Source of the DNA: Candidatus Cloacimonadales bacterium
GTDB lineage: Bacteria > Cloacimonadota > Cloacimonadia > Cloacimonadales > JAIOQZ01
Direction of reading: 5' to 3'
Assembly: GCA_963662655.2 (NCBI GenBank)
Contig: CAXXTU010000002.1
Span: 2,176,001-2,240,000 of the forward strand
Length of the DNA stretch: 64,000 nt
Position 1 is the stretch's first letter, and each line of letters starts with the position of its first letter. This document shows positions 10,211 to 20,293 of the stretch, piece after piece. The notes under the pieces are model-generated. The model did no database searches. It saw only the letters and a list, made by a program, of their open reading frames with translations, and was not told where the DNA came from. Position numbers and translations under genes: made by a program.

Positions 10211-10633
10211 TTATTCTTCCTCGTCATCCGAGTATTCATCAACTCCCCAGCCAAAGAAGACAGCTTCGTCTGTGTCATAGGTAACTTGATGACCTTCGCC
10301 TGCCGGATGATCTGCTGTAGATGTGGCAACAAACTTCTTGGGTGGGTTGCCGACGACTTCAAAATCCCAGTTTTTTTCTGTTGATTCGCCAAGCTGGCAA
10401 TCTTCCATTGCTTCCTCTACAGTGTAATCATCGGTGTTTCCGAATTTCTGTCTGTAGATGTTATAAGCGTTGCGGATTGAACGAATTGCAGATTGAGGTT
10501 CGGTTGCACGAGCCTGCTCCACGTAACGCATATAGATAGGTACCGCGATCGCCGCAAGGATTGCCACGATGATAACGACAACAAGGATCTCAATCAGTGT
10601 AAATCCTTTTTGGGTTTTCAGGAACTTTGACAT
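10211..10633 (-). CDS. pilA: Major type IV pilin
   Basis: 'QKG|FTLIEILVVVIIVAILAAIAVP'. First gene of the operon, with a strong AGGAGG RBS. Confidence 0.85.
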   Translation of the reverse strand: MSKFLKTQKGFTLIEILVVVIIVAILAAIAVPIYMRYVEQARATEPQSAIRSIRNAYNIYRQKFGNTDDYTVEEAMEDCQLGESTEKNWDFEVVGNPPKKFVATSTADHPAGEGHQVTYDTDEAVFFGWGVDEYSDDEEE

Positions 10634-10675
10634 TTTTCCTCCTTAGATTTGGTTTTTTTATGTCGTGTTTTGAAT

Positions 10676-10692
10676 TGCAAATAATATTCCAA
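10676..10692 (-). promoter_or_regulatory. Sigma54 (-24/-12) promoter of the pilin operon
   Basis: Minus strand reads TTGGAATATTATTTGCA, i.e. GG-N10-GC, about 45 bp upstream of the pilin ATG. Imperfect palindrome TGTAAAgataaTTTGCA further upstream (10737-10753). Confidence 0.6.
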
Positions 10693-10874
10693 CACGAATT
10701 CCATTCGATGTCATTTACTAATATGCACCGTGAAATTGTAAAGATAATTTGCAGAACCTTTACCGTGGGCCGCCCAATTTATTCCTTGACGGGAATACCA
10801 AAGATTTTTGTAACTTCCAAATCTAACGAGCGTTTGAATACAAAAACGAATAGATCACGTAAGAGGAGAAACTT

Positions 10875-12884
10875 ATGAGGTGTTCTTTCAAAGCGATGTT
10901 TTTCATTCTCGGCGCCTGCTTCATCTTCGCGAATGTCGCGTTTCTGCAGGCTGAAGAACTCAAAGAAGACGAGGTACTTGCCGAGTACGACGGCGGCAAG
11001 ATAACCAATTCGGACTTAGACCAGAAACTCGAGAAGATTCCCCCGATGCAAAGGAATCGTTATGAGACCATCGATGGCAAGAAGCAGGTTCTCGACGTCA
11101 TTTGCACGGAACGCATGTTTTACATGGAAGGGCTTGAGCTCGGAAAAGAAAACGATCCGCAGGTTCTCGAACAGATCGACAGCAAGACAAGACCCATTGT
11201 CATCCGCTCATACCGCGAAAACGAGTTCAAGAAAGGCCTTGTGATTTCCGATGAAGAGAAGCGCGCGTACTACGATGAACATCGGGAAAAAGATTTCCGG
11301 GAACAACCGCGCTATGCTATCATGTACATACGCGTGGAAGACTGGGACACGGCTCAAAAAGCGCAAGAAATGTTCGAGGAAGGGAAAGACTTCGTCGACG
11401 TCATGAATATGTACTCGGACAACAAATACTCCCGTGAACGCGGTGGACGCATCGATCGAATCCGCAACAACGGATATATCCCGGGAATCGGTCGTGACGC
11501 CGTTCTGGACAGCCTTATCGCGAACGCTTCCATGAATGAATTGATCGGGCCGGACTCCACCGAGACCGGTATCCACTTCTTCAAGGTCGTCGATTTCCAG
11601 CCGGCTCGATACAAAGAGTTTGACGAGGTTGCCGACACGATCGAGCAACGCATTCGTCCGATCAAGGAAAGCGAACTGTACATGAGTGAGACGGAGAAGC
11701 TTTTCAAGGAATTCAACATTGTGATTGACAACGAGGCGATAGAGGCTGTAAACTTCAATGACGATTCACTCGCAACGGAGGTTCTCCAGCAAAACGTTGT
11801 GACCAGCAGCAATCCTGAATTCGTATTCACCGTTGCCGATCTCAAGGGAATGCAGAAAGAAATCAGCGCGGAGCAACGCGCGCAATTCAGCGACCCCAAG
11901 GCTCGTGTCAGCATCGTGAAGAAGAATCTCGAAGACCGCGTGTTCTATTTCGATGCGAAACGAAAGGGATACCTGGATTCCGAAGACGTGAAAGAGTCCC
12001 TGGAGCAAATCCGCTACGCCGCGATTCTTCGTGCCGCGTACAACGCACAGGTGATGGAGAAGGTGGTCGTTACCGACGAAGACATTGCCCGGCTGTACGA
12101 AGAAACCAAGGAAAATTACGCCGTCAAGCCGACTCGCAAGATACAGACTTTCCACTTTGAGACGGAGAAGCAAGCCAGTAAGGCCCTGAAAAAAGTGAGG
12201 AAGTATGCGAAGAAGGATCAGCAGGACAAGATCGCAGAGCTGATACAAGAGTCGTCTTTGTTTACACGGAATGATGGAATAATTGACAACATCAGAGACA
12301 ACGGGCTGATTCCAAACGTCGGCAAGGATGCAAACTACTCCGCGCTCGTTTGGTCGACAGAACCCGGCGAGTTTTCCGAAGTGTTCGAAGGTGCGAACGG
12401 CGAATTCGTATTCTTCCATGTGCTGGAGGAAACTCCACTCACCTACAAGGATTTCGAGGAAGTGAAGTCCACGATATCCTCCAATGAATACCGCAAACAG
12501 GTTCGCGAGAAATTCGAAGCCTTCACAAAAGAGCTGGAAGAGAAATTCCATCTGGTCAAATATACGGACAAGCTGGACATGAGCCTTACCGCGAAGGAAC
12601 TCTTCGATATGGCCGAGGACGCCCAGAAGCGTAAACGCTACAACGACGCCGTATCCTACTACGATCAGATCATCAAAGTATACAACAACGGCGCCGACGA
12701 TTATAAGGCAACCTTCATGAAGGCGTTCCTTTACTCGGAAGAACTTAAAGACACGGACAAGGCAAAGGAACTTTTCCAGGCTGTCCTCGACAACTTCCCG
12801 CAGGGCGATCTGCATGAGTCGGCTGAATTCATGCTCCAGACTCTGAACGGCGAAGTGAACTTCCTTGAAGAGATCAAGGAATAA
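10875..12884 (+). CDS. Exported SurA/PrsA-type chaperone with two parvulin-like PPIase domains and a C-terminal TPR
   Basis: Signal peptide, 'VLAEYDGGKIT', two rotamase-like domains ('SRERGGRI..', 'GIHFFKV', 'KEFDEV') and a TPR tail ('YNDAVSYYDQII', 'KAKELFQAVLDNFPQG'). Confidence 0.8.
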   Translation: MRCSFKAMFFILGACFIFANVAFLQAEELKEDEVLAEYDGGKITNSDLDQKLEKIPPMQRNRYETIDGKKQVLDVICTERMFYMEGLELGKENDPQVLEQIDSKTRPIVIRSYRENEFKKGLVISDEEKRAYYDEHREKDFREQPRYAIMYIRVEDWDTAQKAQEMFEEGKDFVDVMNMYSDNKYSRERGGRIDRIRNNGYIPGIGRDAVLDSLIANASMNELIGPDSTETGIHFFKVVDFQPARYKEFDEVADTIEQRIRPIKESELYMSETEKLFKEFNIVIDNEAIEAVNFNDDSLATEVLQQNVVTSSNPEFVFTVADLKGMQKEISAEQRAQFSDPKARVSIVKKNLEDRVFYFDAKRKGYLDSEDVKESLEQIRYAAILRAAYNAQVMEKVVVTDEDIARLYEETKENYAVKPTRKIQTFHFETEKQASKALKKVRKYAKKDQQDKIAELIQESSLFTRNDGIIDNIRDNGLIPNVGKDANYSALVWSTEPGEFSEVFEGANGEFVFFHVLEETPLTYKDFEEVKSTISSNEYRKQVREKFEAFTKELEEKFHLVKYTDKLDMSLTAKELFDMAEDAQKRKRYNDAVSYYDQIIKVYNNGADDYKATFMKAFLYSEELKDTDKAKELFQAVLDNFPQGDLHESAEFMLQTLNGEVNFLEEIKE

Positions 12885-12908
12885 CATATAGAATTTAAAC
12901 AAACAAAT

Positions 12909-12939
12909 AACGGGATTGAAAAGTTTCAATCCCGTTTTT
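12909..12939 (+). terminator. Rho-independent terminator
   Basis: AACGGGATTGAA-aagt-TTCAATCCCGTT followed by a T run. Confidence 0.75.
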
Positions 12940-12999
12940 CATTTTGCTTGACAACCCAATGCTAAACGGTTGAATTGATTACAAAAAAGGAGGTAGAAG

Positions 13000-13980
13000 A
13001 TGTTTCTATCTGGATCCGAACTTAAAAAGGTGTTTCTTAAAGCAAAGAAAGAACGTTTTGGAATCATCGCCTCGAATGTCGTCTTTGACGGCGTAATTCG
13101 TGGCGTTATTCAGGGATATGAAGCCAAGAAATCTGACGGTCTCCTTCAAATGAGCAGCGGTGCGGTAAAATATGCTGCCGGTATGACAGGCGACATCCAG
13201 GTCGGCGCTCAAATGATCTCCAGCATGATCAAAATCATAGCAAATCAGTATAAACAGTCCGGAGTAGGTTTACATATCGATCACGCAACGCCCAACTATT
13301 TCGACTTCATCGTTTACTGTGTCGAGAACGGCCTGGTTACATCCGTCATGATCGACGCGTCCAAGGAAGAGCTCGCGGAGAACATCCGCATCACGAAGGA
13401 AGTGGTGAAAGTCGCGCATCAGCACGATGTCCTCGTTGAAGGCGAGATCGGCTACATCAAGGGCGAGGAAGACGAGATCGTCTCCGACACCGAGCTTTAC
13501 ACGAATCCGTCGGAAGCGCTCGAGTTCGTCACCAAGACAGGTGTGGACCTCTTCGCGGCGTCCGTGGGAACCAATCACGGCGTCACCAAGGGAGCGAAAA
13601 TCGTCCTCAACCTCGACCTCATCAAGAAAATCGACGACCTCTTGATCTCCAAGGGCGTCGAGACCGGTATCGTCCTTCACGGCGCATCCGGGCTCACCGA
13701 CCAGCAACAGATAACGGCAATCCGTAACGGCGTTGTGAAAATCAACAAAGACACGCAGTACCAGATGGACTTTGCCGAAGCAATCCAGGCATACTGGGAA
13801 AAGAATAAAGACAGTATCGTGAGGCCGACTGGCGTATCGGAAGACGACTATATGCCCGACAAGAAGCGCTTCGATCCGAGAAAGTGGATCGCTCAGGGCG
13901 AAAACCTTGTCCAGAAGAGCGTGGAATCGCTTGTAACCGTTTCGGGTAGCGCCGGACACAGCATTTTTCTCGATAAATAA
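13000..13980 (+). CDS. fba: Class II fructose-bisphosphate aldolase
   Basis: HIDH, SVMIDAS, VEGEIG, GTNHG and VLHGASG motifs. Operonic with gap. Confidence 0.9.
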   Translation: MFLSGSELKKVFLKAKKERFGIIASNVVFDGVIRGVIQGYEAKKSDGLLQMSSGAVKYAAGMTGDIQVGAQMISSMIKIIANQYKQSGVGLHIDHATPNYFDFIVYCVENGLVTSVMIDASKEELAENIRITKEVVKVAHQHDVLVEGEIGYIKGEEDEIVSDTELYTNPSEALEFVTKTGVDLFAASVGTNHGVTKGAKIVLNLDLIKKIDDLLISKGVETGIVLHGASGLTDQQQITAIRNGVVKINKDTQYQMDFAEAIQAYWEKNKDSIVRPTGVSEDDYMPDKKRFDPRKWIAQGENLVQKSVESLVTVSGSAGHSIFLDK

Positions 13981-14988
<1,008 letters not shown>

Positions 14989-15007
14989 TCAAACGACTTC
15001 ATACAGC

Positions 15008-15037
15008 AAAAGGGACGACGCAATGTCGTCCCTTTTT
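15008..15037 (+). terminator. Rho-independent (bidirectional) terminator after gap
   Basis: AAAAGGGACGAC-gcaat-GTCGTCCCTTTTT. Confidence 0.8.
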
Positions 15038-15355
15038 CGTTAACGTGTGTATTGCCTGTTATTCTCCGATTCGTAGCATAAGAAATTCCTTATGGTGATT
15101 TGTGGCGTTTTCGGAGAATAAGGAATCATTGTATGATGGCGACTCATGGTCGCCTACCGCGATCAGGACAGCGATGGTTCCGAGGGACGGGGCTGGTAGT
15201 CGCGTATCTCGCCAAACGATGGCTTCTGGTGCCGTTTTCTCGTGTTGTCTTGCTGCAAGCTGGCTTCAACGACCTGCAAAGAATACCTAATAGATCGGTA
15301 TCAGGATATCCGTTTTTTCAGGCTGCTGAAGGATAAACAGTTAAAAAGCTTCTTA

Positions 15356-16687
15356 TCATTCTTCTACTCGTTTATAATCAGCAGGGATTGGAATCAGTTC
15401 GCGGCGTGAAGAAAATCCAAGTTCAGATAGGCGAATCCTGGTTGATAGCGAAGAATTATGGAATTTTTTAGGAGAAACACGCGTGTTCAAAGCGGAAATG
15501 CTTTGATTCTTTGAGTATAATGCTATGACATCATCTTCCGTCATTTTTGTTATGTATTTGATCTTGCTGTTCCTGCTTTTCCTGAATGTTATCTGGTAAA
15601 TGACATCCGATTGTTCTGAAACGTATTGTTTCAGTGAATCGATAAACTCATGAAAGCATGGGCTATATATTGCTACAGCATCGAAATAGGCTTCTTCAGA
15701 GTAAAGATATTCATCATAAAAACATTCCGATTCTATAGCAAGTGGTTTAAGCTTATCAATAAGATTCTCTTCGCTGAAATTCTGTGCTTGATCGATAAAA
15801 GCGTTATCTCCCAGATATCCAATATTGAAAAGTTGCTTATAGTCATCAAGCCAGCCTTGTATCTTCTCATCATCGACGTATTTCAGTTCTACACGCATCT
15901 TAAACTGGGTCTGCATGATAATCGGATTATGCCATTTAACCGATGATCCATTTTCTATCTTTTTTGTATATGCGACGACTTGCTCCACATCCAAATTGCT
16001 GTGCATGTAAACGGTTCGGAATTTCTGCCCATTGCCAAGAATGGAATCAACTTCTGTAACATAGAAAGGAGACGAATGGACGATAATGTAATCGCCGATG
16101 TCAGTCTTGGATATATCTTGGGGTTTCCTGCTTAGGATAGAGAAGATCGTTGAATCGCTAATGCTCTTTTTCAGCAATATCCCATTACTTGCTTCACGTT
16201 CTTTGAATGTCTCTTGTGATTCCGTATGTTTCGAATGATTATATGTGGTAATCAGGCTGTCATTCATATTGAAGATGTAGTCATTCTGGAGTTCGTTACT
16301 TAAAGCGCCCAACAAAGCAAAGTTTGAGTTGGTTGTGTAATAACTCCTTTCGTGAATACTCCTATTGTCGGGGTCATAGATCATTTTAATGTTTGCATCG
16401 ACAAGGAATTGGATCGTTTTCCCTTTTAGGGCGTGATTAGTTATTTCTGATAACGTGGAGGAGATTGTTTCCATGCATGGATATCGCAATGTATCTTGAG
16501 GAGTTGTGAACTCATTAGAGGGAGGTCCGCTACTCACAGGAATGTAATAGTATTCCGGTATTTTTCCAACGCTGGACATTGACCCTGTGATACAGCCGGT
16601 CAGCGAAAGAGCAAAGAAGGCTAATCCCAGCAAGAAACGAATAGTATAAACGTCGTTCCTGGATATGAATGTTTTTCTGTTATTCAT
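15356..16687 (-). CDS. Hypothetical lipoprotein, AT-rich
   Basis: Long ORF with AGGAG RBS before the ATG at 16687, lipobox 'LSLTGC' and an upstream TTGACA-16-TATTAT promoter. Confidence 0.7.
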   Translation of the reverse strand: MNNRKTFISRNDVYTIRFLLGLAFFALSLTGCITGSMSSVGKIPEYYYIPVSSGPPSNEFTTPQDTLRYPCMETISSTLSEITNHALKGKTIQFLVDANIKMIYDPDNRSIHERSYYTTNSNFALLGALSNELQNDYIFNMNDSLITTYNHSKHTESQETFKEREASNGILLKKSISDSTIFSILSRKPQDISKTDIGDYIIVHSSPFYVTEVDSILGNGQKFRTVYMHSNLDVEQVVAYTKKIENGSSVKWHNPIIMQTQFKMRVELKYVDDEKIQGWLDDYKQLFNIGYLGDNAFIDQAQNFSEENLIDKLKPLAIESECFYDEYLYSEEAYFDAVAIYSPCFHEFIDSLKQYVSEQSDVIYQITFRKSRNSKIKYITKMTEDDVIALYSKNQSISALNTRVSPKKFHNSSLSTRIRLSELGFSSRRELIPIPADYKRVEE

Positions 16688-16816
16688 AGCAATCTCCTTC
16701 TGGTGCATAGTTGATATTCCGCAGTTTACTTACACGTTGTAATATCTTATAATACTAAGGTTATTCTATTTGTCAAGCGAAAATGAATGCCTAGTTTATT
16801 CATAAAAAATCAAGGA

Positions 16817-17190
16817 TCATCGCCATTTAAGTCCCCACCCCAACTGGGAAGACCATTCACATACCACCCATCGAAATAATCGCCAAAGCCGAAACTTTCT
16901 GTTGGCTGCCCAATGATCTCTTCCCCTCCAAAGTATATATATAAAATGTTCCTCCATCCGGATCGTCAGCATATCCATAGATGAAATCATCAAAACCGTC
17001 TGCATTGACAATCGTTACATAACAGTTCGATTTTATCCTCATCCTGAACAGACATATTGACTTTTTCTGCACCTCGTAACCTACCGGTAGTGCCTGTTTC
17101 TTTCAACCAATCGTAAACAAATTTCGGTATCAAGTGACTTCATCTCAAAGTTGCTTCTCTCTGGCACAGTCTGCATTTACTCATACTCAT
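16817..17190 (-). pseudogene. Chimeric relic: 5' part of a Zn-binding HNH-like gene fused to an FG-GAP repeat fragment
   Basis: Translates MSKCRLCQREATLR*SHLIPKFVYDWLKETGTTGRLR...LLCNDC (in-frame TGA at 17140-17142), then VNADGFDDFIYG...FYIY/FGG...GDLNGDD with a frameshift in an (AT)n run. Confidence 0.6.
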
Positions 17191-17269
17191 AACCCATTGG
17201 GACGTCTTTGATGATCTCCCCGACCCTCCATCACAGAGCGTCGGGGTAATCGATAACAACCTTCCTCGC

Positions 17270-17827
17270 CTAATCCCTTCTGAACTTCTCCACGCCGAGT
17301 TTGTAGATGTCGTTGCCGGAGGTATCGTTGGCGACGATGCAGGGGAAGTCTTCCACTTTGAGTTCGCGGATGGCTTCGGGGCCGAGGTCGTCGTAGGCGA
17401 TGATTTTTGCTTCTTTGATCGACTTGGCGACCACCACCGCCGCGCCACCGATGGCAGCCAGATAAACGGCGTGGTTCTTCTTCATCGAATCCACAACCTT
17501 CTCGCCGCGCGGACCTTTACCGATCATGGCTTTCATGCCTGCGTCGAGCAGGGCGGGTGCGTAGGGATCCATGCGGTAACTGGTGGTCGGTCCGGCGGAA
17601 CCGATGGGCTTTCCGGGCGGCGCGGGAGCCGGTCCCACGTAGTAGATGACCGAGCCCTGGGCGTCGAAGGGAAGCGGTTTATTTTCGTCGAGCAGCGCCA
17701 CAAGCCGTTTGTGCGCGGCGTCCCGACCGGTGTAGATGATGCCTGACAGATAGACCTTGTCGCCCACTTCGAGCTTGTCGAGGTCTTCCGATTTCAAAGG
17801 AGTGTTCAGATAGACGGTCTTTGCCAT
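17270..17827 (-). CDS. Fe-S hydro-lyase (fumarate hydratase class I) beta subunit
   Basis: 'GIIYTGRDAAHKRL', 'GPTTSYRM' and 'MIGKG' motifs. Confidence 0.93.
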   Translation of the reverse strand: MAKTVYLNTPLKSEDLDKLEVGDKVYLSGIIYTGRDAAHKRLVALLDENKPLPFDAQGSVIYYVGPAPAPPGKPIGSAGPTTSYRMDPYAPALLDAGMKAMIGKGPRGEKVVDSMKKNHAVYLAAIGGAAVVVAKSIKEAKIIAYDDLGPEAIRELKVEDFPCIVANDTSGNDIYKLGVEKFRRD

Positions 17828-17836
17828 GGTCTCTCC

Positions 17837-18553
17837 TTAAAGCTTGGTTGCTCTGACCCACAGGATGCGCGGCCCGGCGGGGACGGTCTTCGGTGGATCG
17901 TACATGTGACGGTAGGTATCGCCGTCGGGGCCCTTGGGAGCCGAGATCATGCGCTCGATGCGGAGTTTGTCCAGCAGATGCCTGTTGAGCTTCTTCACGG
18001 TGAGTGTGGTTGGCTCGGCAGCGCTCATCTCCTCCTCCAGTCCGAAGGATGCGACGAGCAGCGCGCCCGGCTTCATCACGCGCAGGATTTCCCGGCATGA
18101 GCTCTTGAGGTCGGAGCAGTGGTCCAGTGCGTTGATCACGAACATGACGTCGATGCTGCTTTCCGGCAGCGGGATATGCCGCTCGGTGTTGCATACATAG
18201 ACCATGTCATGCTGCGATATTCCCAGTTTCGCGTACTGGTCGACGAGCACGTCGATACCGATGCGCTGCCGGGCTTCCTTCGCCCAGCAGAGGCTTCCAC
18301 GCGGCCCGCAGCCGAAATCGGCCACGACCTTGTCGCGCAGGAATCCCGCATCGTTCTCGCCGGCCACCGCCAGCATCAATGGTTGATAGTGGTTGTTTGC
18401 GAAGGCGCCGCCTTCCTTCTCCCACTGCTCTTTCCAGTAGGTGAATTCCGCCCAGCGCTTGATCCGCGTCTTGAAGAACGGACGCAGAAAGGGCAGGGCG
18501 ATCAGCTTGAGGTTGCGGAAGAGCCGCGTTCTGCGGAAGGCGCTGAAGCTCAT
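17837..18553 (-). CDS. Class I SAM-dependent methyltransferase
   Basis: 'VADFGCGPRG', 'NALDH' and 'EILRVMKPGA' motifs. ATG overlaps the alpha-subunit stop (ATGA). Confidence 0.85.
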   Translation of the reverse strand: MSFSAFRRTRLFRNLKLIALPFLRPFFKTRIKRWAEFTYWKEQWEKEGGAFANNHYQPLMLAVAGENDAGFLRDKVVADFGCGPRGSLCWAKEARQRIGIDVLVDQYAKLGISQHDMVYVCNTERHIPLPESSIDVMFVINALDHCSDLKSSCREILRVMKPGALLVASFGLEEEMSAAEPTTLTVKKLNRHLLDKLRIERMISAPKGPDGDTYRHMYDPPKTVPAGPRILWVRATKL

Positions 18554-19395
18554 ATCACCGCGCTCTTGTGCCGTGCCGCGTGGCACTGTACGTTGACCGC
18601 CACCGGCATGGAGGCGATGTGGCACGGTTTGTGGAGGATGCTCACGCCCAGCGCGGTGGTCCTGCCACCGAAGCCCTGCGGACCGATCCCCAGTTTATTG
18701 ACCTTCTCCAGAATCTCTTTCTCTACCTTCGCCCACTTCGAATCCGGATTCTCCTGATCCAGGGGACGCAGCAACGATTTCTTCGCGAGCAGCGCGCTCT
18801 GCTCGAAATTACCGCCAAGCCCGACGCCTACAACCACCGGCGGACAGGGATTGCCGCCCGACCGTCTGATGCGGTCCACCACGAATTCGATCACGCCTTC
18901 GATGCCGTCGGCGGCCTTCATCATCCTGACTTCGCTCATATTTTCGCTGCCGCCGCCCTTGGGCGCGACGGTGATCTTGAGGTTGTCACCCGGGACAATA
19001 TCGGTGTAGATCAATGCCGGCGTGTTGTCGCCGGTATTTTTCCGATCGATGATTGGGTCATTAACCAGCGATTTGCGCAGATAGCCGTCCTTGTAGCCCT
19101 GCCGGACTCCCTCGTTGATGGCCTCGACGAAATCGCCGCCTTCAATATGAACCTCCTGTCCCAGTTCGATGAAAACGACCGCCACTCCGGTATCCTGGCA
19201 GGATGGCATCTTCTCTTCCGCCGCCAGCTTGTAGTTATCGAGCATAATGTCCAGCACCTCGCGCGCGGTGTCCGATTCCTCGGCTTCGCGCATCTCTTTG
19301 ATGCGATTCAGGACATCCTCCCCGATGTAGTAGTTGGCGTCGATGCAAAGTTGCCGGACCACCGGAATGATCTCATTCACGTTGATGTTCCGCAT
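18550..19395 (-). CDS. Fe-S hydro-lyase (fumarate hydratase class I) alpha subunit
   Basis: 'CQDTG', 'KGGGSEN', 'CPP', 'HIASMPVAV' and 'QCHAARH' motifs. Confidence 0.93.
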   Translation of the reverse strand: MRNINVNEIIPVVRQLCIDANYYIGEDVLNRIKEMREAEESDTAREVLDIMLDNYKLAAEEKMPSCQDTGVAVVFIELGQEVHIEGGDFVEAINEGVRQGYKDGYLRKSLVNDPIIDRKNTGDNTPALIYTDIVPGDNLKITVAPKGGGSENMSEVRMMKAADGIEGVIEFVVDRIRRSGGNPCPPVVVGVGLGGNFEQSALLAKKSLLRPLDQENPDSKWAKVEKEILEKVNKLGIGPQGFGGRTTALGVSILHKPCHIASMPVAVNVQCHAARHKSAVI

Positions 19396-19416
19396 AAGCA
19401 TCTCCTTGTGGGGTTG

Positions 19417-20292
19417 TTATGGTTTCGTGAGTCTATTCTTTGCCGTCGTTCCGATCTCCGCCGGTGAATCGACCACCGATACACCCGCGGCCCGGAGCGC
19501 GTCCATTTTCTCCTTTGCTGTACCCTTGCTTCCGGCGATGATCGCGCCGGCGTGTCCCATGCGCTTGCCCTTGGGAGCGGTTTGCCCGGCGATGAAAGAG
19601 ATCACCGGCTTGGTCACGTTATCCTTGATGTAGCTCGCCGCCTGGATTTCGAGGTCGCCGCCGATCTCGCCGATCATAACGATGGCGTCCGTCTCGGGAT
19701 CGTTCTCGAACATCTTCAGGAGATCGATGAATCCGGTTCCGATGATGGGATCGCCGCCAATACCCACCGCGGTGGAAACGCCCAGTCCGGCTTGAACCAC
19801 CTGATTGGCCGCTTCGTATGTGAGGGTCCCGGATTTACTGATAACGCCCACGCGTCCCTTTTTGAAGACAAATCCGGGCATGATGCCGATCTTGGCTTCG
19901 TTCGGTGTTATGATGCCGGGGCAGTTGGGCCCGACAAGCCGTACGCCACGCGCATTGCAGAGCTTTTTGGCGATCATCATGTCTTTTACGGGAATGCCTT
20001 CCGTGATGCAGACGATCACTTCGACGCCGGCTTCAGCGGCTTCCATGACCGCGTCCGCTGCGAATTTGGGCGGAACGAAGATGAGAGAGACATTCGCGCC
20101 GGTGGCTTCCACGGCGTCCCTGCATGTGTCGAAAACAGGCTTGCCGAGGTGCTCCTGGCCGCCCTTGCCCGGTGTCACGCCACCGACTACGTTGGTGCCG
20201 TACTCGATGCACTGCTCTGCGTGGAAGGTTCCCTCTTTACCGGTGAATCCCTGAACGATGACTTTCGAATCTTTGTTGACCAGTATCGACAT
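19417..20292 (-). CDS. sucD: Succinyl-CoA synthetase alpha subunit
   Basis: Real start MSILVNK at 20292. Motifs [17 protein letters not shown] and RMGHAGA (phospho-His). Confidence 0.96.
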   Translation of the reverse strand: MSILVNKDSKVIVQGFTGKEGTFHAEQCIEYGTNVVGGVTPGKGGQEHLGKPVFDTCRDAVEATGANVSLIFVPPKFAADAVMEAAEAGVEVIVCITEGIPVKDMMIAKKLCNARGVRLVGPNCPGIITPNEAKIGIMPGFVFKKGRVGVISKSGTLTYEAANQVVQAGLGVSTAVGIGGDPIIGTGFIDLLKMFENDPETDAIVMIGEIGGDLEIQAASYIKDNVTKPVISFIAGQTAPKGKRMGHAGAIIAGSKGTAKEKMDALRAAGVSVVDSPAEIGTTAKNRLTKP

Positions 20293-20293
20293 G

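Noticed and set aside
11766..12929. Long antisense ORFs (also 18568-19467, 20258-21484, 39324-40865 and many within the giant gene)
   Set aside because: Shadow frames opposite well-supported genes, explained by codon bias; they contain no motifs.
15041..15347. Integron attC site (TAAC...GTTA ends)
   Set aside because: About 300 bp is too long, there are no proper R''/L'' boxes or end-to-end pairing, and no integrase is in the window.
17140..17142. Selenocysteine or recoded TGA in the HNH-like frame
   Set aside because: The TGA is not at a Cys position, the frame breaks again about 50 codons later, and TGA is an ordinary stop in many genes here.
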